Origin: an uncultured Gammaproteobacteria bacterium
GTDB lineage: Bacteria > Patescibacteriota > Patescibacteriia > Magasanikbacterales > GWA2-37-8
Length of the DNA: 64,000 bases
NCBI GenBank assembly: GCA_964465205.1
Contig: CAYXJO010000007.1
Span: 5,228 to 69,227 of the forward strand
Direction of reading: 5' to 3'
In this document: piece after piece, positions 17,025 through 25,466 of the stretch
Layout: every line of letters starts with the position of its first letter
Position numbering within the stretch: position 1 is the stretch's first letter
Made by a program: the position numbers and the translations under genes
Notes under the pieces: model-generated
The model's input: only the letters and a program-made list of their open reading frames with translations
The model's database searches: none
Told to the model about the DNA's origin: nothing

Positions 17025-18089
17025 ATGGGAAATATTAATTTTTCTTACTTCGGTTTAGTGATTGCAATTGTGGCGGTGTTGATTTATTTAGCGGTAAAAA
17101 ACAAGAAAGGCGGATTGCCAAAATTGAGCGGTGGCAGTACGCCTTTTTTAGATTCTTATGCTACGGATTTCACAGCGATGGCGCGTCAAGGACGGCTTGA
17201 TCCGGTAGTGGGGCGTGAAGAAGAAGTACGCAAGTTAGCTCAGACACTTTCTCGTAGAGAAAAAAATAATGCGATTCTTATCGGAGCGCCGGGCGTGGGC
17301 AAGACTGCGATTGTGGAGGCATTAGCTTTGCGAATAGTATCGCACGATGTTCCGGACGAACTGTGGAACAAGCGCGTGCTAGCGCTGGATGTTGCGACTT
17401 TGCTTTCCGGTACGAAATATCGCGGTGAATTTGAAGAGCGAGCAAAAAAAATCGTGGCCGAAATCGGCGCTTCCAGTCGTACTATTATTCTGTTTATCGA
17501 TGAAGTACATGCGGTGGTGCAGTCGCATGGTACCGAAGGCGCGGTAAATTTTTCGGATATTTTGAAACCTGCCCTCGCGCGCGGTGATTTGCAAATGGTG
17601 GGAGCTACTACTACGGCCGAGTATGAGAAATATATCAAGACCGATTCGTCGCTTGAGCGCCGCTTCCAACCTATAGAAGTGAGCGAGCCGACCGAAGAAC
17701 AGACCATTGGAATTTTGAAAGGCGTGAAAGACAAGTATCGCGAGTATCACAAAGTAGAGTTTACCGATGCGGCTTTGGCTACGGCGGTAAAATTGTCTTC
17801 TGAGTTGGTGAAAAATAGGAAGCTGCCTGACAAGGCGCTTGACGCGCTCGATGAATCGGGTGCGATGGTAAAAGTTTCGCATGTACACACCAGTATTCCC
17901 TTGGTGCTTTATCAGGTGGCGGCGGAAAAACATCCCGAAGCGGCTGATATTTGGAAAAAAATTCAAGAGTTAGATGCGAGTGGTGCGAACGAGGAACGCG
18001 AAAAGCTGGAAGCTGATCTGGAAAAATTGGGTGTGGTGACGGTGGATAGCGCCGACGTGGAGAAGGTGATACGGGATTGGAAAGAATAG
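17025..18089 (+). CDS. Membrane-anchored AAA+ protein: a Clp/Hsp100 (ClpB/ClpC-like) first nucleotide-binding domain only
   Basis: N-terminal TM helix FGLVIAIVAVLIYLAV, then LDPVVGREEEVRKLAQTLSRREKNNAILIGAPGVGKTAIVEALA...ILFIDEVH...ARGDLQMVGATT, nearly identical in pattern to ClpB NBD1. Ends ...VTVDSADVEKVIRDWKE, which resembles the segment just before NBD2. No NBD2 follows. Confidence 0.7.
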   Translation: MGNINFSYFGLVIAIVAVLIYLAVKNKKGGLPKLSGGSTPFLDSYATDFTAMARQGRLDPVVGREEEVRKLAQTLSRREKNNAILIGAPGVGKTAIVEALALRIVSHDVPDELWNKRVLALDVATLLSGTKYRGEFEERAKKIVAEIGASSRTIILFIDEVHAVVQSHGTEGAVNFSDILKPALARGDLQMVGATTTAEYEKYIKTDSSLERRFQPIEVSEPTEEQTIGILKGVKDKYREYHKVEFTDAALATAVKLSSELVKNRKLPDKALDALDESGAMVKVSHVHTSIPLVLYQVAAEKHPEAADIWKKIQELDASGANEEREKLEADLEKLGVVTVDSADVEKVIRDWKE

Positions 18090-18267
18090 GGTGTACATAA
18101 TTAAAATTGTTGGGAGGGCGCAAGTGTGGTATAATATAAACGATTTAAAAATTTGGAGAAAGTTTTAAATTTCTCCGTAATCATATTATAATGGGCTTTG
18201 CCCGTGTATTCTCATTCGTTTGGAAAAGATTAACCACATTTAATCTTTTCTCTCACTCATTTCTAAT

Positions 18268-19776
18268 ATGGTGGAAACACTCACCAAAGTGGCCACGAAA
18301 AGTATCACGAGTACCAAACTCGCGATTGCCACACTCGCTGCACTCGCGGCGGGAGGAGCGGCGTTTGCCGTGGCTCCCCCGGTTTTTTTAACCGGACCGG
18401 ATTTGATCGTGTCCGATATAGTTTTTGACAATGCTGCCAAGAAAGCCACGGTTACTGTGAAAAATATTGGCAAAACAAAATTAAATACTGCTGAAGTTGC
18501 CACTGCCTGGTCTACGACTATCATCCCAAACAGCAAGCCTCGTTTGGTGAGTGGTTTAAATCCCGGGGTGGCTGTTAATTTCGTTTTACCATATCCGGCT
18601 AGAATTCCTTCTGCTTTAACAGCGACGATTGATCCTAACAATAAAGTAAAAGAGATGAGAGAGAATAATAATACCTTGACTAAGACCTTACCGTCTTTTT
18701 GTTCCGATTCTGATAACGGTTTAGATACTACCGTCGTCGGTACTATGAGAGGATGTCAGTTTGAAGATTGTGCGACCATTATGTCGCATACTGATTGTTG
18801 TACTGTTCTTACTAGTGTTGGTACCACTGGATGTACTGCTACGGGCACGCATTTGTTGGAGGGTACTTGTACTGGTAATGTAGGGATGGTTCCATTAGTT
18901 GAATGTAAGAATGGTTGTGCAAATGGTGTTTGTTTAGATTTGCCAGATTTAACTATTTCTGACGTAGCCTTCAATTCTTATCCGACTGAACCAATTGTTG
19001 TGACTATCAAAAATATTGGTAATGGAAATTATGATCCTACAATTAGCACCTGTGCTACTACTAAGGTATATTTTTTGGATAAGAATTTTGCCGTGTTGGG
19101 TGAAGCGGTACCAAACATTCAAGGGGGATGCCAATTATTTGTTGCTTTAACACCCAACAGTAGTGATGCTGTTGGGTATGTGCTAGACGGAGTAGATTAT
19201 CTAGATAACGTTGAGTGGGTTAAGGTGGTCATTTCAAGCCCCTACAATCACGTGGTGGAATTAAGAGAAGATAACAACGAGAGTGTCGTGCGTTTACCTA
19301 AGGATCGATTAAACACGATTAGGCTTCGAGCAGAAGTAGACCAACCGCGATCTGTGCAGTATGGGGCCAATCAGACTTTAGCTATATTTGATTCCGAAGG
19401 GGCCAATGGTTCGGATGCCTATCCTTTTAATGATGACAACAATAATCCAGACCTACGTAGTCTGGTGGTGACAGTTCTAACCAATATCCCCAATCAGTTG
19501 AATAATTGGAAGTTGGTGAATGGCGGTCGAATATTTTCCGGATCTTGGGACGAAACCAAGCAGCGAATTATTTTCCGCAATCTAGATGGAGACAGGTTGG
19601 GAATGTCACAGTTTACAATAGCGGCGGATATTATGATGGTAAGTAGTACGTTTTCCGATGCCAAAGTACAATTGTTAATTGCGTCGCCTGGTGACTTGAC
19701 TACTGATGCCATAGCAACAGAGTTCATTGATACAATTTTCCCGGTTACGGCCAGAGAGATGAATCCCCAACCATAA
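18268..19776 (+). CDS. Secreted or surface protein with signal peptide, CARDB-like repeats and a Cys-rich central region
   Basis: KLAIATLAALAAGGAAFAVA signal. Motifs VKNIGKTKLNTAEV and VTIKNIGNGNY are CARDB-like. Has its own promoter (TGgTATAAT) upstream. Confidence 0.55.
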   Translation: MVETLTKVATKSITSTKLAIATLAALAAGGAAFAVAPPVFLTGPDLIVSDIVFDNAAKKATVTVKNIGKTKLNTAEVATAWSTTIIPNSKPRLVSGLNPGVAVNFVLPYPARIPSALTATIDPNNKVKEMRENNNTLTKTLPSFCSDSDNGLDTTVVGTMRGCQFEDCATIMSHTDCCTVLTSVGTTGCTATGTHLLEGTCTGNVGMVPLVECKNGCANGVCLDLPDLTISDVAFNSYPTEPIVVTIKNIGNGNYDPTISTCATTKVYFLDKNFAVLGEAVPNIQGGCQLFVALTPNSSDAVGYVLDGVDYLDNVEWVKVVISSPYNHVVELREDNNESVVRLPKDRLNTIRLRAEVDQPRSVQYGANQTLAIFDSEGANGSDAYPFNDDNNNPDLRSLVVTVLTNIPNQLNNWKLVNGGRIFSGSWDETKQRIIFRNLDGDRLGMSQFTIAADIMMVSSTFSDAKVQLLIASPGDLTTDAIATEFIDTIFPVTAREMNPQP

Positions 19777-19790
19777 TAATTGATTTTGTC

Positions 19791-19832
19791 CACCCCGCCA
19801 CTCGCGGGGTGGTTTTGTTTTTGTTGTTAAAT
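19791..19832 (+). terminator. Intrinsic terminator (ccaccccgccactcgcggggtgg then T-run)
   Basis: Hairpin immediately after the stop at 19776, followed by ttttgtttttgtt. Confidence 0.6.
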
Positions 19833-19910
19833 ATGGAGTATTTGAGTGGGTTTTTATTTTTATCAAAGTGTGATAGAATGTGCCTACTGGTTTCAAAAAA
19901 TAAAATTTTT

Positions 19911-21968
19911 ATGTCGATTGATTTCCAAAAAGAATTAAATAAAGAACAATTGGATGTGGTGCTCCACGGTGATGGGCCGTGTTTGGTTTTGGCGGGTGCT
20001 GGCAGTGGCAAAACACGTACCATTACCTATCGGGTGGCGTATTTGTTGGAGCAAGGCGTCGCTCCGGAGAATATACTTCTCGTGACTTTTACCAACAAAG
20101 CCGCCGCCGAGATGGTAGAACGCATGCAACATCTCACCGGTCGTAGTGAAAAGTTGCCGTGGGCCGGCACGTTCCACAGTATTGGTCACCGTATTTTGCG
20201 TCAACACGCGCGCGAGTTGGGATATGAAAATAATTTTTCTATTTTGGATAGCGACGACAGCGAATCGATCGTCAAACTTTGCGCCAAAGATTTTTCTGAC
20301 GGCGCGGGCGGCAAGAAGTTTGGCAAATTTCCCTCGACCAAAGTACTGCAGGGGATAATTTCTTTTGCTCGCAATGCCGAGACCACTATCGCCGATGTGC
20401 TTGATGCGCGTTATTCGCAGTTTGGCATGTGGGAAGAGGCGATTACCCAAGTGGTGCGTGAATACGAAGAAAAGAAAAAAGCCGCCAATTCTATGGACTT
20501 TGATGATCTGTTAGTAAACTGGTTGCGCCTACTCAACAATCCGGGAATCTTGAAAAAATATTCCGAACAGTTCAAATATATTTTGGTAGACGAATACCAA
20601 GACACCAACAAAATTCAGGCGTCGATCGTGTGCAAGCTCGCCCAAGCTCATCAAAATATTTTGGCAGTGGGGGATGATGCTCAGAGTATTTATTCTTTCC
20701 GGGCGGCGGATATCGAAAATATTTTACGATTCGAAAAAGTTTTTCCCAAAGCAAAAATTTTTAAGTTGTTGACCAATTATCGTAGTAGTCAAGAGATTCT
20801 GTCAGTGGCCAATTCAGTGATTGCCAACAATCCCAAACAATACAAAAAGGATTTAAAAACTATAATTAAAACCGGGGTGAAGCCGGAATTACGCCCGTTT
20901 GGTGAGGGGGCAGAAGAAGCCAACGCCATTGCCGAAAAGATTGCTTCGCTCATTCGTGGCGGAGTGCCACACAAAGAAATTGCGGTGCTATTCCGCGCGG
21001 CGCACCATAGCCAGCAGTTGGAGTTGGAACTGATGCGTTACGGTATTGATTATGATTATCGCGGTGGTCTGCGGTTTTTTGAACGTTCGCATGTAAAAGA
21101 CGTGTTGGCTTATTTGCGAGTATTAAATAATCTAGCCGACAGTGCCGCCTGGATGCGCGTATTGCTTTACGAAGATGGTATTGGCCCAGCGGCCGCCGGG
21201 AAAATTATCGAACACATTCAGGGTGTAAATAATATTGACGAAGTGCGCGCCGCCGGTGGCAGCTTGAGCGACAAAGCGCGCTCGGGTTGGAATAATTTTT
21301 TACAGATTTGGGATGGTATGTTAGAAATTGGCAAAGGTTCGCCTTCGAAATTAATTTTGCATATTGTCGATTCGCCCTATCGCGAATATTTGACTGCCGA
21401 ACGCATGGACGCCGATGATCGTATAGACGATATCAAGCAGTTGGCGGTATTTGCCGGTAAGTATGATAATTTGGAGGATTTCTTGGCCGAAGCGGCGTTG
21501 CAGGAGGCGTTTACCATTCAAAATAAAAAGAAAAGCGCCGATAAAATTAAAGATGAAAAAATAATTTTGTCGACCATTCATCAATCCAAGGGGTTGGAAT
21601 GGAGCGCGGTGTTTATAATCAATTTGGTGAACGGAGCTTTTCCGCATAGTCGGGCGTTGTCCGAAGAGAATGGAGTCGAAGAAGAGCGTAGGTTGTTTTA
21701 TGTGGCGGTAACTCGTGCTAAAAAATATTTGTATTTTTCGTACCCAATGCAGAGTGGTAAGAATGGTTGGGGAGAGGCGGTATTCCAAGGCCAGAGTCAA
21801 TTTTTGGACGAAATTGGCCCGGAGCTATTAAATGATAAATCGCTTTTGTCCAATCCCACGACTGTACTGCGCGGCGAACTCACTTACGAACCAGATGAAC
21901 AGTCGTATGGTGACAAGCCTCTAAATATTAAGCCCGGAAGTTTTTTGCGGAGCGTGGAGGATTTGTAG
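19911..21968 (+). CDS. pcrA: ATP-dependent DNA helicase, UvrD/PcrA/Rep family (SF1)
   Basis: LNKEQLDVVLHGDGPCLVLAGAGSGKTRTITYRVAYLL (motif I), DEYQDTN (motif II), and YRSSQEIL. Start set at ATG 19911 (MSIDFQKELN). The upstream part of the listed ORF is implausible. Confidence 0.9.
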   Translation: MSIDFQKELNKEQLDVVLHGDGPCLVLAGAGSGKTRTITYRVAYLLEQGVAPENILLVTFTNKAAAEMVERMQHLTGRSEKLPWAGTFHSIGHRILRQHARELGYENNFSILDSDDSESIVKLCAKDFSDGAGGKKFGKFPSTKVLQGIISFARNAETTIADVLDARYSQFGMWEEAITQVVREYEEKKKAANSMDFDDLLVNWLRLLNNPGILKKYSEQFKYILVDEYQDTNKIQASIVCKLAQAHQNILAVGDDAQSIYSFRAADIENILRFEKVFPKAKIFKLLTNYRSSQEILSVANSVIANNPKQYKKDLKTIIKTGVKPELRPFGEGAEEANAIAEKIASLIRGGVPHKEIAVLFRAAHHSQQLELELMRYGIDYDYRGGLRFFERSHVKDVLAYLRVLNNLADSAAWMRVLLYEDGIGPAAAGKIIEHIQGVNNIDEVRAAGGSLSDKARSGWNNFLQIWDGMLEIGKGSPSKLILHIVDSPYREYLTAERMDADDRIDDIKQLAVFAGKYDNLEDFLAEAALQEAFTIQNKKKSADKIKDEKIILSTIHQSKGLEWSAVFIINLVNGAFPHSRALSEENGVEEERRLFYVAVTRAKKYLYFSYPMQSGKNGWGEAVFQGQSQFLDEIGPELLNDKSLLSNPTTVLRGELTYEPDEQSYGDKPLNIKPGSFLRSVEDL

Positions 21969-21971
21969 AAT

Positions 21972-22085
21972 AAAAATAAAATACGGGAAGTAATTTCTCT
22001 TGAGCGGGTTATGCGCCCACAGGCGCATCCTCGAGCCCTCGCGGGCGAGAAAAGCGAAAGAGATTTTACTTCCCGTATTTTATTG
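21972..22085 (-). repeat. Structured repeat element copy 2 (reverse orientation): outer stem aaaataaaatacgggaagtaa/ttacttcccgtattttatt enclosing the conserved core
   Basis: Minus-strand core TTTCGCTTTTCTCGCCCGCGAGGGCTCGAGGATGCGCCTGTGGGCGCATAACCCGCTCAA. Its second hairpin ATGCGCC/GGCGCAT is compensatory relative to other copies. Lies between convergent pcrA and ORF 22091..22687. Confidence 0.8.
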
Positions 22086-22090
22086 TGTGT

Positions 22091-22687
22091 TTACACTCCT
22101 TTTCCACTATACAACGCCGATTTGTTGGCGCTCAATTTTTCTTGCATTTTTTTGTACACATCGTACGGGTTTTTGATATTATCGAAACGGTCGTAAACCA
22201 CCTGGGTGCTGTTGCCACTTTTGTTGTTGGTTGATTGCATTTTGCCGGTATCAATCATGATGGAACCGGTACTAAATATTTTGCCGAGCACACCCACATT
22301 CACAAAGATATTGCGTACCTGATCATAATAGAGAGTAACAATATCTGCACCTACGAATCCGGATTTGATAATTAATCTTTTGCCGGTGATTATGTAATTC
22401 GTGACTTTATATCTCCAATAAGTAAAAATTGGAGTGAGCACTGCCAGTGCGAAAAATACGTAAGATGCAATTCGCGCATAACCAGCGCATTCTGATATTG
22501 GACGCGTCACGCCATTTACTGTGCACGTACCGGTGGTACTGCCGCCCACTTTGTAAAAAATCACCCCGACTACCACCATGATAATAATACCTACGATGCC
22601 CGATACCATAGCGGTGGTAGCATCTTGTTTGCCTTCCCACTCCACGGACTCACTTTGTTCCAATATTTTTTGGATTGTTGCGTCCAT
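22091..22687 (-). CDS. Membrane protein with bacterial PH domain (bPH_2 / YdbT-like)
   Basis: Two TM helices followed by YKVTNYIITGKRLIIKSGFVGADIVTLYYDQVRNIFVNVGVLGKIFSTGSIMIDTG, typical of bPH_2. Confidence 0.5.
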   Translation of the reverse strand: MDATIQKILEQSESVEWEGKQDATTAMVSGIVGIIIMVVVGVIFYKVGGSTTGTCTVNGVTRPISECAGYARIASYVFFALAVLTPIFTYWRYKVTNYIITGKRLIIKSGFVGADIVTLYYDQVRNIFVNVGVLGKIFSTGSIMIDTGKMQSTNNKSGNSTQVVYDRFDNIKNPYDVYKKMQEKLSANKSALYSGKGV

Positions 22688-22795
22688 AATATTAGATTAA
22701 TTAAATTACGAACAGTATTATATCATTTTTTGAGTTTGGTGGTAAAGCGTCGGAGTGGTTGGCAAGTGGGCGCTTTTTTGTTAAGATAAAGCCAT

Positions 22796-23440
22796 ATGCT
22801 TGATACTCGTCGCAAATATTTGCAGATTGCTTACAACGAAAGTATCGCGGCCGCCACCCGTGGTATTTTGGCATTGCCCAAATCCGACAAAATTATCGTA
22901 GAAGTGGGCACAGCCCTAATCAAACAAAAAGGCGAAGAGGCAATTCGAGAGATTAGAAATATTTGGGGTGGCTATCTGGTGGCGGATATCAAATGTATGG
23001 ACCGGGGTGGGGCCGAGGTGGCGATGGTGCGCGATGCGGGCGCGAACGCGGCGACGTGTTTGGGTTGGGCTCCGATCCCAACTATCGATGCTTTTATTTT
23101 CGAGTGCGCACAGCAGGGTGTGGATTCCATGGTGGACATGATGAATATTAAATTCCCGTTTGAGATTTTATCGAAATTAAAAAAGTTGCCAACAGCAGTG
23201 GTGTTGCATCGCGGAGTGGATGAGGGCGAGGGCGGCGCAAAAACGATTCCTTATGCAGATATCACTCGTATTCGCGGTAGTTACAATATTTTGATTTCAG
23301 TAGCGGGTGGAGAAACCGGTCGCGAAGTTATGCGCGCCCATTTCAATGGCGCTAATATCGCTGTAGCTTGGCGCGAATTTAATCCGTTATCAGACGAGGG
23401 CCGAAAAATAATCGCGGAGTTTTTACGTAAAACCAGATAA
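22796..23440 (+). CDS. 3-hexulose-6-phosphate synthase / KGPDC-family (OMPDC-fold) enzyme, paralog 1
   Basis: VEVGTALIK, LVADIKCMD (D-x-K-x-x-D) and AGANAATCLGWA match HPS/KGPDC signatures (vEiGTPlik, vaDlKtmD). Confidence 0.55.
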   Translation: MLDTRRKYLQIAYNESIAAATRGILALPKSDKIIVEVGTALIKQKGEEAIREIRNIWGGYLVADIKCMDRGGAEVAMVRDAGANAATCLGWAPIPTIDAFIFECAQQGVDSMVDMMNIKFPFEILSKLKKLPTAVVLHRGVDEGEGGAKTIPYADITRIRGSYNILISVAGGETGREVMRAHFNGANIAVAWREFNPLSDEGRKIIAEFLRKTR

Positions 23441-23441
23441 T

Positions 23442-24470
23442 ATGAAGATTGACGGTATTTTTGATAATATTTTTGAAATCGCCTTTTGGGCTTTTGTTAT
23501 TTTTTCTATTTTTCGTAAAAAAAAGAAAAAGTTCGATTTGGCCAGTGGCAAAACTGCACAGCAACTTGCTGACGAGGAATATGGGTTGGTGACAAATGAG
23601 GTGAAGAATCAGGAAACACAAAATGTTTCTACCCCGACTGTGTCGACACCGACTGCCACCACCATCGTGAGCGACAGAATAGAAATTGGTGGGCTGTTAG
23701 GGGCGATAGTGAATTCTCCGGCGGTGAGACAGGCAATACAGCAGGCGCAGAGCAGTAACCAGATGATGCAATTACAGAGTGCTTTCGCGGTGTCCACAGC
23801 GAGTGCCAAGGCGACGCCACTCGACAAAAAACAAAAATATTTACAGATTGCTCTAAATAATACGATTGAAGACGCCAAGCAAATTTTGGGACAATTACCA
23901 AATGCGGATCGTATTTTGGTGGAGGCCGGAACGCCACTTATCAAAAAATATGGATTGGATGTTATTCGTACTATTAAAATGCACAGCAGACGCAGTGCCT
24001 ATGTGGTAGCTGATCTCAAAACAGCGGATATGGGTGAACGCGAAGTGCGGCTCGCGGCGACAGCTGGTGCAGATGGTGTGGTTGCATTGGGTGTGGCGCC
24101 GATTGAAACCCTCGACGCGTTTATTGCTGAATGCCAAAAACAGAAAGTTGACGCCATGATCGATATGATGAATGTGGCTAGTCCACTCGAGATTTTGCAA
24201 AAATTAAAATTATTGCCACAGGTAGTAATTTTACATCGTGGGGTAGACGAAACCGATGCGGATAAAACCAAGTTTATTCCGTATTATCAAATCAATCAGA
24301 TTAAGGGCATGTATAATGTCATGATTGCGGTGGCGGGCGGAGATTCCGAGAAAGATATCGAAAGTGCCGTTTTCAACGGTGCTAATATCGTAGTGTTGTG
24401 GAAACATTTCTACAAATTTGACGGCAACGTCGGTGCTTTAGCACAAGAATTTCTGCAAGAAGTAAAATAA
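23442..24470 (+). CDS. HPS/KGPDC-family enzyme, paralog 2, with about 110-aa N-terminal extension (TM helix plus T/S/Q-rich linker)
   Basis: The C-terminal 230 aa (VEAGTPLIKKYG, VVADLKTADMG, AGADGVVALG) parallel the upstream paralog at around 45 percent identity. N-terminus IFEIAFWAFVIFSIF then KKKKK is a membrane anchor. The start codon abuts the upstream stop. Confidence 0.55.
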   Translation: MKIDGIFDNIFEIAFWAFVIFSIFRKKKKKFDLASGKTAQQLADEEYGLVTNEVKNQETQNVSTPTVSTPTATTIVSDRIEIGGLLGAIVNSPAVRQAIQQAQSSNQMMQLQSAFAVSTASAKATPLDKKQKYLQIALNNTIEDAKQILGQLPNADRILVEAGTPLIKKYGLDVIRTIKMHSRRSAYVVADLKTADMGEREVRLAATAGADGVVALGVAPIETLDAFIAECQKQKVDAMIDMMNVASPLEILQKLKLLPQVVILHRGVDETDADKTKFIPYYQINQIKGMYNVMIAVAGGDSEKDIESAVFNGANIVVLWKHFYKFDGNVGALAQEFLQEVK

Positions 24471-24575
24471 AAAACACGGGGGATAACATCTTTTTCGCTT
24501 TTTTCGCCCGCGAGGGCGAAAGGTGGGCCTAATGGCCCAAACCCGCTCAAAAGAAATTATCCCCCGTGTTTTATT
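24470..24575 (+). repeat. Structured repeat element copy 3: outer stem aaaaacacgggggataa/ttatcccccgtgttttt enclosing the core TTTTTCGCTTTTTTCGCCCGCGAGGGCGAAAGGTGGGCCTAATGGCCCAAACCCGCTCAAAAG
   Basis: Clean 10-bp hairpin UUUUUCGCCC-GCGA-GGGCGAAAGG and second hairpin TGGGCC-TAAT-GGCCCA. Lies between convergent HPS-2 and the SPFH gene. Confidence 0.85.
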
Positions 24576-24583
24576 TTAAATAT

Positions 24584-25339
24584 TTATTGCTTTCTACCCG
24601 CACTCAACGCCTTGATGCCGTCCATGATTTCGATCGGCAATGCGAAGATGGTCATCTTGCTCGGATCAGGTTGTAGCTTCTCCATAGTTTGGAGGGTACG
24701 CAGTGAGAGTGCGCCCGGAGTGCGCTGGAGTAGGTCCGCAGCTTTGGCGATGTTTTCCGCAGCCTGAATTTCACCCTGTGCTTTGATAATGATAGCGCGA
24801 CGTTCGCGTTCGGATTCGGCTTGTTTGGCCATGGCGCGTTTCATATCAGCGGGAATTTCAATGTCTTGGATTTTTACATCAGACACATCCACACCCCAAT
24901 TGGTAGTTACTTTGTCGATAATGATTTTGATCTCGGTCGCTATTTTTTCGCGAGCAGTGAGCAGTTCGTCTAATTCTACGCCGCCAATTACATCGCGCAG
25001 TGCGGCCATGGAATATTGGGAAATAGCATAAGTAAAATCGCGTACTTTGAGGGTGGCGTCTTCGGCTTTTTCTACAGTGAAGTACACTACGGCATTGATC
25101 CCTACCGGCACATTGTCTTTGGTAATCACTTCTTGTTGTGGGACATCCACGGTATTCACGCGAATATCTACTTTGTTCATATACTGAATACCTGGAAATA
25201 ACCAGGTGAGACCCGGAGTGCGGGTGCTGGTATATTTACCGAGTGTCAGTACGACTCCGCGTTCATATTGTTTGACCACGCGCAAACCGATGATCACAAA
25301 TACACCAATGATAATCAAGATAATATATATGATAGGCAT
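24584..25339 (-). CDS. SPFH/band-7 (stomatin/prohibitin-like) membrane protein
   Basis: N-terminal TM, then RVVKQYERGVVLTLGKY...VDIRVNTVDVPQQEVITKDNVPVGINAVVYF, a classical SPFH domain. 251 aa. Confidence 0.88.
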   Translation of the reverse strand: MPIIYIILIIIGVFVIIGLRVVKQYERGVVLTLGKYTSTRTPGLTWLFPGIQYMNKVDIRVNTVDVPQQEVITKDNVPVGINAVVYFTVEKAEDATLKVRDFTYAISQYSMAALRDVIGGVELDELLTAREKIATEIKIIIDKVTTNWGVDVSDVKIQDIEIPADMKRAMAKQAESERERRAIIIKAQGEIQAAENIAKAADLLQRTPGALSLRTLQTMEKLQPDPSKMTIFALPIEIMDGIKALSAGRKQ

Positions 25340-25466
25340 ATTAATTTAAATTATTAATAATTATTAGTATTATAGCGCAAGCTATTTGATCTGGCAACTA
25401 CGGTTGTATGTCTTTTTGCTTGTGACAAAATTTGCTATAATACCCGCGTATTAATTAATCAATTAT

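Noticed and set aside
17240-18123. Several 100-200-aa minus-strand ORFs opposite the ClpB-like gene (17240..17734, 17379..17966, 17779..18123)
   Set aside because: Overlapping antisense frames of a well-supported plus-strand AAA+ gene. R/F/H-rich.
22011-22196. 61-aa plus-strand ORF starting inside repeat-element copy 2
   Set aside because: Begins within the structured repeat and runs antisense into the PH-domain gene. It is an artefact of the GC-rich element.
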